Of a stretch of 64,000 bases of DNA, positions 36,456-49,009 are shown piece after piece (within the stretch, counting starts at the first letter, position 1; each line of letters begins with the position of its first letter). This stretch comes from an uncultured delta proteobacterium (GTDB lineage: Bacteria > Myxococcota_A > Polyangia > Polyangiales > JAFGIB01): the NCBI GenBank assembly GCA_963778655.1, contig CAVZVA010000009.1, positions 1-64,000 on the forward strand. The letters are read 5' to 3'. The notes under the pieces are model-generated. The model was given only the letters and a program-made list of their open reading frames with translations, had not been told where the DNA came from and searched no databases. Made by a program: the position numbers and the translations under genes.

Positions 36456-37379
36456 TCACGCTGCGCGGGCATCACCGACCTCCTCGCTCTCCGTCGCGGG
36501 TTGCGTGTCCATCGCCGGGCGGCGGTCGCGGCGCTCGCCCTTCCAAGCCGCCGAGCCCGCGAGCTTCTTCGTGAGGTGCAGGCGCGCGGTCTTGAACTCC
36601 TCGCCGATCAGGCCGAGGTGCAGGAGCACCACCCGGAAGTCGTACTTCGCGGTGGCGGGGTTGAACTCGCGGCGCTTGCTCGACGCGGCCTTTGAGGAGA
36701 GCGCCTTCGCAGCCATTGCGAGGACGAGCTGCACGTAGGCCTTCACCTCGCCGGCGTGCAGCGTGCCGTTGAAGTAGCGGAACTCCAACGTGCCCCTGAA
36801 GAAGAGGCTGTTGAGGTTCAGCCCGCGGTAGCGGCTGCTGTGGTAGCGGCTCGGCGTCTCGCCGCTGCGCCCGTACCAGGCGTCGCGCACGTCGCTCATC
36901 GTCTTGGGGCGGCGCGTTTCGAGCGCCTCGATGAAGCGGGCTTCGATCGGGCGGCAGTAGCGCGCGAGGCGCTGCTCGCTGACACCGAGCGCGTGCTCGA
37001 GCAGGCGCTCCTGCTTGTGAACCAGCTTGACCAGGTTCACCACGCTCTTGGCGTCGAAGCTCTCCGCTCCGACGTGGATGTGGATGCCCGTCGAGTGGTC
37101 GGTCCTCGCGCCCGCCGTGCGCACCGCGCGGATGATGTTCTGCAACTCCTCGATGTCGTCGTAGCCGAGGACCGGCGAGACGATCTCGCCGCTGTTCTCG
37201 CCGCCGCTCAGCGAACCGTCCGGCACGACCTTCCAGGTGCGCCCGCTCGCGGTGGTGATGCGCACGTCCCGGTAGTCGTTCGAGATGGTGCCGCCCACCA
37301 CGCTGTGGATGGCCTCGGCGAGCTTCGTCCGGCTCAGGCCCACCGTCTCGATCTCGATCCCGAATCGCAGCGTCTTCAT
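36456..37379 (-). CDS. Putative amidoligase enzyme (COOH-NH2 ligase, Amidoligase_2)
   Basis: [49 protein letters not shown]. Confidence 0.92.
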   Translation of the reverse strand: MKTLRFGIEIETVGLSRTKLAEAIHSVVGGTISNDYRDVRITTASGRTWKVVPDGSLSGGENSGEIVSPVLGYDDIEELQNIIRAVRTAGARTDHSTGIHIHVGAESFDAKSVVNLVKLVHKQERLLEHALGVSEQRLARYCRPIEARFIEALETRRPKTMSDVRDAWYGRSGETPSRYHSSRYRGLNLNSLFFRGTLEFRYFNGTLHAGEVKAYVQLVLAMAAKALSSKAASSKRREFNPATAKYDFRVVLLHLGLIGEEFKTARLHLTKKLAGSAAWKGERRDRRPAMDTQPATESEEVGDARAA

Positions 37380-37411
37380 CGTGGTCGTCCTCGCGTTCTG
37401 CGCGGGGCCCA

Positions 37412-37461
37412 GTGCCCGTCGCGTGAGGACATACAGGCTTCCGTTTGCGCCCCCAGCAAGG
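37412..37461 (-). promoter_or_regulatory. Motif A copy 3
   Basis: Same 34-bp core plus GCAAGG; precedes GAGGACGACCACGATG of the amidoligase. Confidence 0.8.
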
Positions 37462-37525
37462 CCGAACACGTTGATTTCACATGCGTTTTCAGGCGCTTGG
37501 AATAGCCGCGAGGTTCCGCGGACAT

Positions 37526-37562
37526 GGGGCGTCGGAGGCGGTTGTAGGCCTGCCGACGCCCC
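37526..37562. terminator. Hairpin after 37579-38223 gene
   Basis: GGGGCGTCGG...CCGACGCCCC stem. Confidence 0.4.
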
Positions 37563-37578
37563 GCCGATTCCGCCGCGT

Positions 37579-38223
<645 letters not shown>

Positions 38224-38332
38224 GACTGGTCTCCTCGTCGGGCGCTGGGTACACGTCGCCCTTCACGCGCGCGCCCGTGGCTCGCGTGGTGGGGCCTGCG
38301 CTCCGTGATGGAGCGCGTCGTCGTTCAGGTCG

Positions 38333-38623
38333 TCAGCGCTTCAGGCTCGCGAAGCACGCGAGGTCGATGGCGCGCGGGTCGCTCGACACGAAGCTGAAGC
38401 GTCCCTCTGCTGCGAGCCAGGGCTGCACCTCGACGCGGTCGTCGGCGGTCACGCCGCCCGCGCGCTCGAGGTCTTCCTCGTCGCGGATGTACTGCCCGTC
38501 CCGGTCCGGGTCGTAGTCGGCGCGCAGCGCGTTCTTCAGCACAGCGACGATGCGCACCTTGTGACCGCGCAGGTAGGCGTGCTCGGTGCCGTCGTAGGTC
38601 GTCGTGGTGCCGAGCGTCGTCAT
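38333..38623 (-). CDS. Hypothetical protein
   Basis: [12 protein letters not shown]...; GGAGG SD, ATGA overlap with upstream gene. Confidence 0.7.
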   Translation of the reverse strand: MTTLGTTTTYDGTEHAYLRGHKVRIVAVLKNALRADYDPDRDGQYIRDEEDLERAGGVTADDRVEVQPWLAAEGRFSFVSSDPRAIDLACFASLKR

Positions 38624-38832
38624 CGCTCCTCCTTGGCGGCGGCGAGCCCCGCGCGGTACGCGGCCTCGAGCGCGGCCTTCACCGTCCAGACCGCGACGTC
38701 GTGGAAGTCGAGCGAGTCGCTGTTGCGCGTCTCCAGCGTGTCGATGTGGAGCTGCTCCTTCGCGATGGCGGCGAGAAGCGCCTCGACCGTCGGCTGCTTC
38801 TTGCTGGGGCGCTTCTTGTTCGTGGTCTGCAT
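38620..38832 (-). CDS. DUF6900-like small phage protein
   Basis: IAKEQLHIDTLETRNSDSLDFHDVAVWTVKAALEAAYRAG. Confidence 0.8.
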   Translation of the reverse strand: MQTTNKKRPSKKQPTVEALLAAIAKEQLHIDTLETRNSDSLDFHDVAVWTVKAALEAAYRAGLAAAKEER

Positions 38833-38859
38833 CGTCGTCCTCCGCGTTGATCGCTTCGC

Positions 38860-38891
38860 CATACAGGCTTCCGTTCGCGCCCCCAGCAAGG
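38860..38891 (-). promoter_or_regulatory. Motif A copy 4
   Basis: CATACAGGCTTCCGTTCGCGCCCCCAGCAAGG. Confidence 0.75.
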
Positions 38892-38934
38892 TCGTTCCGT
38901 AAAGAATCGACCTCGCTGGGAACCGCGTTTGCGC

Positions 38935-39216
38935 TCAACGCGTGGCCACGCTCCACGCCGTCTTCGACCCGTAGCGGAGCTGTTCCCCCTCGACGAGGAA
39001 GACGTCGCTCTTGGCTGTGCCGCGCTCGAGGCGGGGCTCGTCGTCGTCGTCGTCGTCGCAATCGCCGTCCTCGTCGCGATCGGCGCGGAGCACCTCGTTG
39101 CGCGTCGTCACGCCTGCGAGGCTCAGCTCGAACGGCCAGTTGGGCTGGGACATCACGAGTACCTCGGCGTCCGGGTCCTGCTCCTCCAACAGCTCGATCA
39201 GCTCGCTCACCTTCAT
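38935..39216 (-). CDS. Hypothetical acidic protein
   Basis: MKVSELIELLEEQDPDAEV...QPNWPFE...VFLVEGEQLRYG; behind motif A. Confidence 0.75.
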   Translation of the reverse strand: MKVSELIELLEEQDPDAEVLVMSQPNWPFELSLAGVTTRNEVLRADRDEDGDCDDDDDDEPRLERGTAKSDVFLVEGEQLRYGSKTAWSVATR

Positions 39217-39264
39217 GTCGTCGTCTCCGTCGGGGTGGTTCGTGCGGTGCGCCCCGTTCGCGAC

Positions 39265-39298
39265 GACATACAGGCTTCCTTCTGGCGACCTTCCAAGG
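39265..39298 (-). promoter_or_regulatory. Motif A copy 5
   Basis: GACATACAGGCTTCCTTC-N10-CCAAGG, same spacing as the other copies. Confidence 0.7.
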
Positions 39299-39366
39299 CG
39301 AAGAAGCGAGAAATCGACCGGCGCGCGGAAGCCCGCGTTACCTCGCGAGAACTCCGCGCGCGGTCC

Positions 39367-39603
39367 TCACGCAGCCTTGTCGTGCATGTCCTCGATGGCG
39401 TCCTTCAGCGCGACGAGTGCGGCCTCGACCTTGGTCACGGCCTCCGTCTGCGCGCGGCCCATCTCGGCCACCTTGTCGAACAGCTCGCGGAGCTGCGCGT
39501 CCTTCTTCTCGTTCACCTTCCAGAATGCCCAGCCCAGGACTGCGACGAGCCCGTAGGGGCCGGTCGCCTGGAGCCACGTCGCGACGCTGCTGAAGTTCTC
39601 CAT
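39367..39603 (-). CDS. Putative holin-like membrane protein
   Basis: 78 aa, one hydrophobic segment then coiled coil, directly after the amidase. Confidence 0.55.
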   Translation of the reverse strand: MENFSSVATWLQATGPYGLVAVLGWAFWKVNEKKDAQLRELFDKVAEMGRAQTEAVTKVEAALVALKDAIEDMHDKAA

Positions 39604-39618
39604 CTCGTTCTCCTCGGG

Positions 39619-40356
39619 TCAGGCCACGGCGTGCGTGGGCAGTAGGTCTCGGACGTCAGCGCGGCGCACGCCGGTGGAGCGCTTCACCGCCTCCTCGAAC
39701 GCAACGTCGGGCGCGAGCCCGGCCTCGACGCGCAGCCACGCGTAGAGGACGAGCATCGAGCCGTCGGCGTGCCCGAAGTACTGGTGCGCGAGCACACCCG
39801 GCAGCGGCGCCTTCGCAGCAGCGTCGACGAGGCCGAGCGCAAAGCGTCCGTCGCGGAGCCCCGGCCAGGCGCGCGGCACGGCGATGCCCGGCGCGGGCGC
39901 GCTCGTCGTCCATCGCACGAGCGCGGCCACCGCCTCAGCCTGCGCCGGCGTCGGCAGCACGTACTGGCCCTTGTGCGCCCACGGCGCGTTGATGACGCGC
40001 GACCACGGCAGGCCCGGCTTCAGGTAGCTCGGGTAGTACGGGTTCACGATCTCGACCCCGAACGACGCGCCGTTGTGCTGGCTCGCGTGCCAGAGGACGT
40101 CCGTCGCGAGGTCGCCGTGCTGCGTGAGCGCGCCGTCCGCACCCATCACGAGGTGGACGCTGAGCCCACGCTTCTTCAGGACCGCGATGGTCGAGTCGAC
40201 GCTGCGCGTGACGGTCTCGTGGATGACGAGCTCGACGGCGCGCGCCCGCTTGCCCTTCGATGCGAACCGATGGACGCCGGCCTCGGCAAACGTGCGCACG
40301 GAGAGCCCGTCGACGGGACACGTCGCGACGCCGTTGACGATGAAGCCGCCGCTCAC
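39619..40356 (-). CDS. N-acetylmuramoyl-L-alanine amidase (Amidase_2), endolysin
   Basis: LVIHET, LSVH, WHAS..NGASFGVEI, VLAHQ..GHAD. Confidence 0.82.
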   Translation of the reverse strand: MSGGFIVNGVATCPVDGLSVRTFAEAGVHRFASKGKRARAVELVIHETVTRSVDSTIAVLKKRGLSVHLVMGADGALTQHGDLATDVLWHASQHNGASFGVEIVNPYYPSYLKPGLPWSRVINAPWAHKGQYVLPTPAQAEAVAALVRWTTSAPAPGIAVPRAWPGLRDGRFALGLVDAAAKAPLPGVLAHQYFGHADGSMLVLYAWLRVEAGLAPDVAFEEAVKRSTGVRRADVRDLLPTHAVA

Positions 40357-40781
40357 TGGCCGGGCTCCTTCCCTTGGAGCTGCTCAACCGCGCGTGCCGG
40401 CATCTTCAGTCCCTTGTCGAAGAACTGCCGCATGGCCTCAGTCGCGATCGGGCGAGTGAGCACCTTGTCGGTCTTGTTGCGCATGCGCTCAACGACGCGG
40501 CCGCGCTTCACGAGCTGCGAGTGCAGTTCGTCGACGAGCAGCCGGTGCAGGTGCCCCGCGCTGCCCTGTTGCGCGGGGTACTCCTGCTCGTCGACCGGCG
40601 AGCGGATCAAGAACTCCCGCGAGCGACAGGTGGGGCACTCGGGAAGCGGTACGACGTCGTCCTCGACCTGATCGTCGCGCTCGACACCCGCCTCGATCGT
40701 CGCGAGGGGGATGCGGTTCTCGCGGTCGCACTTGGCGCAACGCTGAACGACCTCGGTGCTGGTGATCTCCTGAACGGCCAT
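40353..40781 (-). CDS. Hypothetical zinc-ribbon protein
   Basis: CAKC and CPTC pairs; start MAVQEITS. Confidence 0.65.
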   Translation of the reverse strand: MAVQEITSTEVVQRCAKCDRENRIPLATIEAGVERDDQVEDDVVPLPECPTCRSREFLIRSPVDEQEYPAQQGSAGHLHRLLVDELHSQLVKRGRVVERMRNKTDKVLTRPIATEAMRQFFDKGLKMPARAVEQLQGKEPGQ

Positions 40782-40788
40782 GGTTCCC

Positions 40789-42694
40789 TCACGCAATCGC
40801 GGTGTACGAGCCGAACCAGTACGCCGTCGCCGCTGCCGCCAACGACTGGTACGAAAAGAAGCCAAAGCCATCGCGGTCCGCGTAGCCGGTGCTCGGCGTG
40901 CCGGAGAAACCACCGCTTGCCGAGTTCACGCTCAAGGTGATCGACGACGGCGCCGCCGGGAATCGATTGCGGAACGTAACTCCTCCACCACCCGCGACCG
41001 TGCGCGTGCCGTTGAAGGAGTTGGTCCACTCCATGCCGAGACGCCCAACCTCGCGCACCGTGCCCGCGAGCTCGAATGCGGAGTTGACGGTACTGCTCAT
41101 GGGCAGCAGCCACCGACGTGTCCACGTCGTGAACGTCGCCGCGAACGTGTCCTCGTGCAGAAACTCGAAGTCGAGTCGCGAGAAGCGAAACCCGCCCGCG
41201 TAGTAGCTGGTGTTGTCTCGTGCCCACGCGCTGCCGTTCCACGAGGCGTTCAGCGTGAACCAGATGTTGTCGGAGTCCGCGTAGACGCGGAGGCGCGCGC
41301 CGATCCCGCCGTTGCCTTGAGAGTCCCAGAGGAGCGCTTTGGTCCCGCCGAGGTTGGGCTGGCGAATCGCCTTGTGCTGTCCAGGGCTGGCTTCGTTGCC
41401 GCGGAAGTGATCGCCCTCGTAGGCGTCGAGCACCTCGGCGAGCGCGGTCTCGACGTTCACCGCGTTGAGGTTGCCGCCGGCGTCGGCCACCGAGATGGCG
41501 CTCGCGGCGTGCGCGCCGCTCGGCCTGGTTCACGTGGCCGTTGAGCCCACCGAGCAGCGTCACAAGCGCGGCGCGCAGCGTGCCGGCCGCGATCGCGGTG
41601 GGCGCACCGGCGAGCGCGTCCACACCGACGAGCCCAACGCCTGGCGCGGAGGCACCCGTGGCGAGGAGGTCGGTTACGATCTCCTGGAGCTGCGACTGCA
41701 CGTTCGTGCCGGCGATGTTGTTGTGAGGCGTCGCTGCGATGGCCGCCGCGTTGTGCGCACCGGTGGGCGCGCTCACGTGCGTGTTCAGGAAGCCGAGGAG
41801 CTGCGCGAGCTGGCTCTTCACGCTGCCCGCAGGGAGTGCGTTCGGCGCTCCCGCCGCCGCATCCACGCCAACGCGCGAGGCACCGGAGCTGCCCACCGCC
41901 CCGGTCGCAAGGTCGTCGATCAGCTCGTCGACGGCGGCCTGCACGTTGCCCGCGCCGACGAACCCGTGCGGCGCGTAGTCGATCGCGGTCGCCGCATGGC
42001 GCCGGGCGACGGCGGTGAAGTGGTCGCGCAACTCGGCGTCGGCCTCGTCGAGCGCGGCCTGCACGGTCGCGGCGAGCGGCTGGAGGATGCTCCACGTCCC
42101 GGTGGTCACGGCCACCGAGGTGCCCTGCGCGAAGACGAACGCCTGCCGGCGCGAGGTGTCGAGATCGGCGACCAGGATCTGCGTCTGCCCCGGGCGTCGC
42201 CGCACGTCGCAGAGCAGCAGCTCGTCGGCCTGGAGCGCGGGCTTCGGCGCGACGCCGATGGCCCCCTCGGGCGCCTGCCGCACCACGAGCTCGAACGACT
42301 CGTCTCGCCGGAAGAACACCTGCTGGGAGTTGCCGTCCGTGCGCGGGTCGGAGAGCTGGCGCTTGAAACGCAGGAAGATGCCCAGCCACCGCTCATTGCC
42401 GACCGTGGCGACATCGGTCGGGATGCCCACGAGGTCCACGGCACAGTCCACGGTCTGGCCCGTGCCGAAGAACATGCGCTGGCCGAGGTTGTCGTACGCC
42501 CGCCCTGGCGCGGTGAGGTCCACGGTCAGGTCGGGCACCGGCGAGTGCGGCGCCGGGACGGCACCGGAGACGATGCCGTAGATGTTCAGGTCGGCGGCGA
42601 GGTCCCGGTCCGCCTTCTCGAGCAACGCGAACGCGAGGTCGAGCTCGGCCTCGGTGACGCGCTGGCGGAAGTAGAAGTCGACGCGATCGGCCAT
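40789..42694 (-). CDS. Putative tail fibre protein; one frameshift near 41524
   Basis: [13 protein letters not shown] start after AAGGAC; Ala/Gly-rich repeats; removing one base joins [24 protein letters not shown] to the 40789-41490 ORF; position after baseplate genes. Confidence 0.7.
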
Positions 42695-42731
42695 GTCCTT
42701 GCCTCGGAGCGCCCACGTGGCCCTCCAGGGA

Positions 42732-42762
42732 GGCAAAGCCGCCGGGCGCGGGCCTTGGGGAC
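42732..42762 (-). promoter_or_regulatory. Motif B (putative late promoter) copy 1
   Basis: GTCCCC-N16-GGCTTTGCC-N5-GGAGG. Confidence 0.7.
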
Positions 42763-42768
42763 AGGCCG

Positions 42769-44106
42769 TCAGTGCAGGTCCGTCGTCTCCCCGAGCTCGC
42801 TGAGGCCCAGCTCCCAGTGGCTCGGGAGCACCGGGGGTAGCGGCTCGACGAGGTCGACGAAGTGGGTGTGCGCCGGCTTCAGGTACTCGACGATGGCGCG
42901 GAGCTGGCGGCGCTCGCGCTCGGTGAGGATACGCGCGACCTCGACGTTGAAGGCGTAGCGGGCGAAGCGGTCCGAGGGGCCGAGCACCCAGTCGATGCCC
43001 AGCTCCGACTCGCCGAGGTAGAGGGTGTCGGCGTTGAACGGCGAGATGGCCGAGATGTCGATGCCGAGGAAGAAGCGGATCGCGTTCCGGATGCCCTTGG
43101 CTGTCCCCTTCTGCCGGTACATCTCGACCAGCACCGACGCGAGCCGCCGCTTCCCCATCGCGTCGAGCTCGAACGGGAATGGGTTGCCGAGGTCGCGCAG
43201 GATGAGGTCGACGAAGGCCTCCGGCGCGCGCTCGAGGTCGAAGATGTCGGGCCAGCGATCGACGTCCGCGAGGAGGAGATCCGTGACCTCCTGAAGGCAG
43301 GCGATGAACCGGAAGAGGTCGCCGGTACGGTCGTCTCGCCGGTTGTGCTTCGGCAGCATGCGCCACAGGTCGAAGCGGCGGGTCGCAGGGCGCGCGGGCC
43401 GGAAGCCAGTGAAACTCGCTCGGTCGTAGGGGCCGAGGACGGCGTTGCCGAAGAGGTCCGTCACACCGATGGCCACGACCTCGTGGAGTACGTCGGGCGT
43501 CATCTCGGTGTCGAGCGTGAGGAGAGCAACGCTGCCATCGATACTCACACCGACGACCGCGACTGAGACTGCCGGCGCGCCCTTGGGCGTGAGCATGAAC
43601 GTCGCCCCGCTCGGGACCAACACCGACTCGTCGAACGCGACCCGCACGCTCTTCGGTGCGAGTGCCTGCGCGCCAACGACGCGTGGCGCGGTCCGGTCCT
43701 CGACGACGAACGAGTACACCTCGTCGAGCGAGGCCGCACCGCCGACCGTCTGCGCGAGCACGCGCACGTGGACCGTGGCCAGGCTCGCAAGCGGAACCAC
43801 CGGGTGCAGCACCACGCGAAGCGTGTCCGCCGTCTGTGTGACGCCGGCAAGCGGGCCTGCGAAGGCCGGGGCGAGCTCGGGCAAGGCGCTGCCGTCGAAC
43901 GCGAGGACGCCGTCGACCCACACGTGCGCGGAGGCGCGGTCGACGCCGTCCGGCCCGGTGTCGACCAGCTCGAGGGCGAGCGTCGCATCGATGGGCACGC
44001 CCGTCTCACCGGGGCTCGGATCGCGGTTCACGAGCACGAGCCTCGGCGTCGTCACCACGAGCGCGACCGAGTCGACGTAGAGCGCAGGCAGCTCGAGGGT
44101 GCTCAT
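42769..44106 (-). CDS. Baseplate wedge/tail protein (P2 gpI-like C-terminus, Ig-like N-terminus)
   Basis: [18 protein letters not shown]...[19 protein letters not shown]...[12 protein letters not shown]. Confidence 0.8.
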   Translation of the reverse strand: MSTLELPALYVDSVALVVTTPRLVLVNRDPSPGETGVPIDATLALELVDTGPDGVDRASAHVWVDGVLAFDGSALPELAPAFAGPLAGVTQTADTLRVVLHPVVPLASLATVHVRVLAQTVGGAASLDEVYSFVVEDRTAPRVVGAQALAPKSVRVAFDESVLVPSGATFMLTPKGAPAVSVAVVGVSIDGSVALLTLDTEMTPDVLHEVVAIGVTDLFGNAVLGPYDRASFTGFRPARPATRRFDLWRMLPKHNRRDDRTGDLFRFIACLQEVTDLLLADVDRWPDIFDLERAPEAFVDLILRDLGNPFPFELDAMGKRRLASVLVEMYRQKGTAKGIRNAIRFFLGIDISAISPFNADTLYLGESELGIDWVLGPSDRFARYAFNVEVARILTERERRQLRAIVEYLKPAHTHFVDLVEPLPPVLPSHWELGLSELGETTDLH

Positions 44107-44116
44107 GCCGGGCTCC

Positions 44117-44507
44117 TCACGCGGTCACCAGCTCGAGCCGCACGCCGACGGTGTGCAATCCCGAGAGCTTCGAGACGTTGGCGGCGAGGTCGGTGACGAG
44201 GCGCTCGCGGCCGGGCTTGGCGCGCATGGCCGCGAGCTTGGCGCCATCGACGAGGATGCTGGCCTCCCACGCGAGCCCCGGAGGGGTCGACGCGGGCACC
44301 CGCAGCCGCAGGAGCGCGCGCAGCAGCATCACGCCGGTGAGGTCCGTCTGCTGCGTGACCTCGGCGTGGTCGCCGGGCGCGAGCTCGAACAGGCGCCCGG
44401 GCTCGGCGTCGCCGAGGACGAACGCGTACTCGCCCCCCGTCGCCTTCGAAGTGCGCGAGGCGCCCCTGTCCGCGCCCGAGACGGCTGGTGAACGCGGTCA
44501 GCGCCAT
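44117..44507 (-). CDS. Hypothetical baseplate-region protein; frameshift near 44453
   Basis: [18 protein letters not shown] joins [14 protein letters not shown]...[10 protein letters not shown]...LELVTA after removing one base. Confidence 0.55.
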
Positions 44508-44510
44508 CGC

Positions 44511-45208
44511 TCACACCTGCCGGAACAGCTCGAGGTGGTCGAAGAACGCGCGCCGCGTGACGTCCTTCACGGAGAAGCCGAAGCCGCCGCGCCCCGAGGT
44601 GAGCGGCTGCGAGCCGGAGTTGATGCCGAGGTGGTCGTCGATGAACTCGACCATGCCGGACACGGGCTGCCAGTCGGGCGGCGTGCCCGAGTGCGTGCAG
44701 CGCGAGGTCGTTCTGGAAGACCTTGAGCACGACGTCGCCGTTCGTGTTCACGATGACGTCGAGCCGCAGGTGGAGCCACGTCGCCTGCGCGAAGCGACGC
44801 CGCGGACTTGAGGAGCACGCCGGGCCCGTCCGCCGTGGGAAGGCCCACCGTCACCGCGCCCTTGCGGAGCACGATGCGGTGCGGGTCGTCGTCGGAGAGC
44901 CCGAGCAGGTAGGCGCTGTCGTTGACCGAGTTGCCCTGGCAGCAGAGGAACAGGAACGGCGAGAAGCCCGTGGGCCCGCCGCCCGCACCGCGCTGCACGA
45001 CGCCTCGAATCGAGCCGCCCTTGGCCATCGGGGCGAAGCTCGCGAGGTTGGCGAAGAGGCCCACCGCGCCCTCGACGGCTGCGAGCGAGTTGAAGGCGAA
45101 GAGGAAGCTGCCGCCGCCCGGTGGGCGTGCGATGCCCGCGGTCACGCCCCGGTCGACCGTCGCGATGTCGAGCCCGTCGTTCAGGTAAGTCCAGTCTGCT
45201 TCAGCCAT
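44511..45208 (-). CDS. Hypothetical beta-rich baseplate-region protein; frameshifts near 44794 and 44687
   Basis: [12 protein letters not shown]...KSAAS / [22 protein letters not shown]...ALG / TPPDWQPV...[11 protein letters not shown]. Confidence 0.55.
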
Positions 45209-45218
45209 CGTTGTCTCC

Positions 45219-45766
45219 TCAGAGCGTCGTCATGCTCGTCCAGCCGTTGTTGAAGTCCTCGACGGCCTGCGCGCCCGCGTCGAACAGCGCGGCGCTCGAG
45301 GTCACGGCCGCCCACGTCCAGGCGTAGAGCTGGTTGCTGCGCCACTGGTCCTCGAAGTCCTCGCGCGGCTCGCTGTCGAAGACGCCCGTCGCGGCGACCA
45401 CGTCGGCCCACTCACGCGCGTAGGGCACGTTGCTCCATCCCGTCTCGCACTCCTCGGCGGCGAGTCCGTCGAAGGTGGCAGTGACGAGCTGCGCGGGCGG
45501 GAGGTCGTAGAGGTAGACGACGTTGGCCCAGCCGCTCTCGAACTCCTCGTAGCCCTTGAGGGCGCTGTCGAAGAACGCGAGCACCACGACGACGTCGTCG
45601 ATGGAGCCGAGCAGGTCGAACCAGCGCTCGAAGTCCTCCCACGCCTCTTCGGGCGCGGCGCCGAAGCCGGCGATTTCCTCGAGGCTCGTCACCGCCGAGA
45701 GCGTCCAGTGCTCGGCTTCGCCGGGGAGTGCGCCCGCGTCCTCGAAGCTGGGGTTGAGGATCGTCA

Positions 45767-45767
<1 letters not shown>
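45219..45767 (-). CDS. Acidic aromatic repeat protein of the baseplate region
   Basis: ILNPSFE start; repeats FD-x5-6-E-x-FE-x2-W. Confidence 0.7.
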
Positions 45768-47287
<1,520 letters not shown>

Positions 47288-47306
47288 GGCGGGATGCCTC
47301 CGAGGA

Positions 47307-47338
47307 GGCAAAGCCGCCGAGAAGCAGCCCTCGGGGAC
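47307..47338 (-). promoter_or_regulatory. Motif B copy 2
   Basis: GTCCCC-N17-GGCTTTGCC-N5-GGAGG-N9-GTG. Confidence 0.7.
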
Positions 47339-47342
47339 GGGC

Positions 47343-47723
47343 TCACCGCTCGATCGACACGTCCACGGCCGCGTTGGTCTCGCGCTCGCGGACGCGCACC
47401 CGCAGCGTGAGGGACGGACCGTTCTGCTCGACGGCCAGGCTCACGAGGGTAGCGCCGGGGACCCAGCGCTTGAGGGCATCGCGCACGTAGACGCGGGCCA
47501 GCTCCTTCAGGGCGGCGTCGTTGCGCTGGTGGCGCAGGAGAGCGAGCCCCGCGCCGAAGTTGGTGCGCCAGGGCAGCTCCCCCGAGGAGCGCGTCGTGGC
47601 GCCCTCCGTGAGCAAGGCTTGGCGGACCTTCGAGGCGAGTAGCGCCTCGCCGCTGCCGACGGCGAAGTCGCGCTTCTTGTCGCGCCGAAACGGGATGAGG
47701 AGATTCTGGGCTTCACGGCTCAT
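47343..47723 (-). CDS. GPW/gp25-family baseplate protein
   Basis: VRQALLT...[13 protein letters not shown]...[10 protein letters not shown]. Confidence 0.85.
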   Translation of the reverse strand: MSREAQNLLIPFRRDKKRDFAVGSGEALLASKVRQALLTEGATTRSSGELPWRTNFGAGLALLRHQRNDAALKELARVYVRDALKRWVPGATLVSLAVEQNGPSLTLRVRVRERETNAAVDVSIER

Positions 47724-47733
47724 GGCGTCGTCC

Positions 47734-48408
47734 TCACGGCACCGGGATGGCGCCGCGCACGTCCTGGAGCGCCTTCACGATGGCGTCGATTGGCGGCACC
47801 ACCTCGTCGAGCGGACGTCCTGCGAGGTTCGAGAGGTCCGGCACCTCGGGCGCGCCGACCATGCCGAGGAAGATGTTGAGGATGCCGATGAGCTTCCCGA
47901 GGCTCGCGAGCGCCTTGCCGACGTTCGCAGCCTCCGTCGCGACGTTCGCCTGTGCGCAGCTCGTGATGGCCATCAGCCCGGCGTCCTCGAGCTCGGTCGC
48001 GCGGTCGATGGCGCCGAGGATCTGCTGCATCTGCTGCTGCAGGTGCAGGAGCTGATCGCGCGCCTGCCTCAGCGTGTCGATGACCAGGTCGATGATGCCG
48101 ATGATGGTGTACGGCAGCGAGAGCTGCGGGATGAGCTTCAAGAGCTTCGAGACCTTCTCGGCCAGCTCGGGAATGCACGCTGCGAGTGCGGTCGGATCCG
48201 GTGGCGGTCCGAGCGAGTCCGGGATGGCCTTCACGCAGTTGAAGACCGCCACCACGGTGTCGATGATGTCGAACACGGGCATCAGCGGCGTGAGCGCGGG
48301 TTGGATGGCCTCCATCAGGTTGAACTGCTGGATGCTCACGCCGCCGGGCAGCGTGATGACCGGCGGATTGCCGAGCTCGGGGATTTCGAGGCAGATCGGG
48401 AGGGCCAC
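47734..48408 (-). CDS. Hypothetical helical protein between spike and gp25 genes
   Basis: GGAG SD, 224 aa amphipathic helices; no PAAR motif. Confidence 0.7.
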   Translation of the reverse strand: MALPICLEIPELGNPPVITLPGGVSIQQFNLMEAIQPALTPLMPVFDIIDTVVAVFNCVKAIPDSLGPPPDPTALAACIPELAEKVSKLLKLIPQLSLPYTIIGIIDLVIDTLRQARDQLLHLQQQMQQILGAIDRATELEDAGLMAITSCAQANVATEAANVGKALASLGKLIGILNIFLGMVGAPEVPDLSNLAGRPLDEVVPPIDAIVKALQDVRGAIPVP

Positions 48409-48419
48409 GTGCGTCTCCT

Positions 48420-48998
48420 TCAGATGGGGGCGGCGATGGGCCGGACGACGCGGCCGCCGATGGTGATTTGCGTGCCCTCGATGCTGATGGCGCCGACCGC
48501 GCGCAGCGTGAGCGCCGTCGTCGCCTGTAGGGTCACGGTGTTCTCCTCGGCGTCGAAGACGAGGTGGTCGCCGGTCTTCTTGTTGGTGAGCTTTAGCTTC
48601 CGGCTGTCCTTCGACTCATCGAGCTCGATGCGGAAGGTCTGCGTGGAGAAGACGCGGTTGTCGGGCGGGGTCTTCTGAGCTTCCTCCGGTACCTCGCTCT
48701 CGCCGTTCGGCTTCCCCCAGTGCGCGGCGAGGTAGTACGGCGCGTCGACGTTGCCCTGGTTGAAGAAGACCGCGACCTCGGCGCCCTCCTCGGGCACCGC
48801 GAAGAAGCCACGGTCTTTCGAGCCGCCACCGCTCGTGCCGAGCGGCCACGCCCAAGCGCTCTCAGGCTCGAGCACACCGGGGATGCAGACACGCACGCGA
48901 CCGAGCTGCTCCTCGTCGTCGCGCTTGGTCACGTAGCCCACGTACATGCCGAGGAGCCGCGAGTCGTGCGTGTGGATGTCGTCGTCGAAGGTGCTCAT
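48420..48998 (-). CDS. Baseplate assembly protein V (gp5/Vgr OB-fold spike)
   Basis: [10 protein letters not shown]...AWAWP...[25 protein letters not shown]. Confidence 0.9.
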   Translation of the reverse strand: MSTFDDDIHTHDSRLLGMYVGYVTKRDDEEQLGRVRVCIPGVLEPESAWAWPLGTSGGGSKDRGFFAVPEEGAEVAVFFNQGNVDAPYYLAAHWGKPNGESEVPEEAQKTPPDNRVFSTQTFRIELDESKDSRKLKLTNKKTGDHLVFDAEENTVTLQATTALTLRAVGAISIEGTQITIGGRVVRPIAAPI

Positions 48999-49009
48999 CG
49001 CGTGGCTCC

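Noticed and set aside
34637..37445. 34-bp identical repeats as a CRISPR array
   Set aside because: Intervals are about 0.5 and 2.3 kb and contain whole genes; no cas genes; each repeat sits just upstream of an RBS
40789..41500. Diversity-generating retroelement target in the fibre tip
   Set aside because: No reverse transcriptase and no template/variable repeat pair seen in the window
40607..43921. 1104-aa ORF as a single gene
   Set aside because: First ~410 codons overlap the real 42769-44106 gene and are Arg/Pro-rich junk; true start is 42694 and the tail is a frameshift read-through
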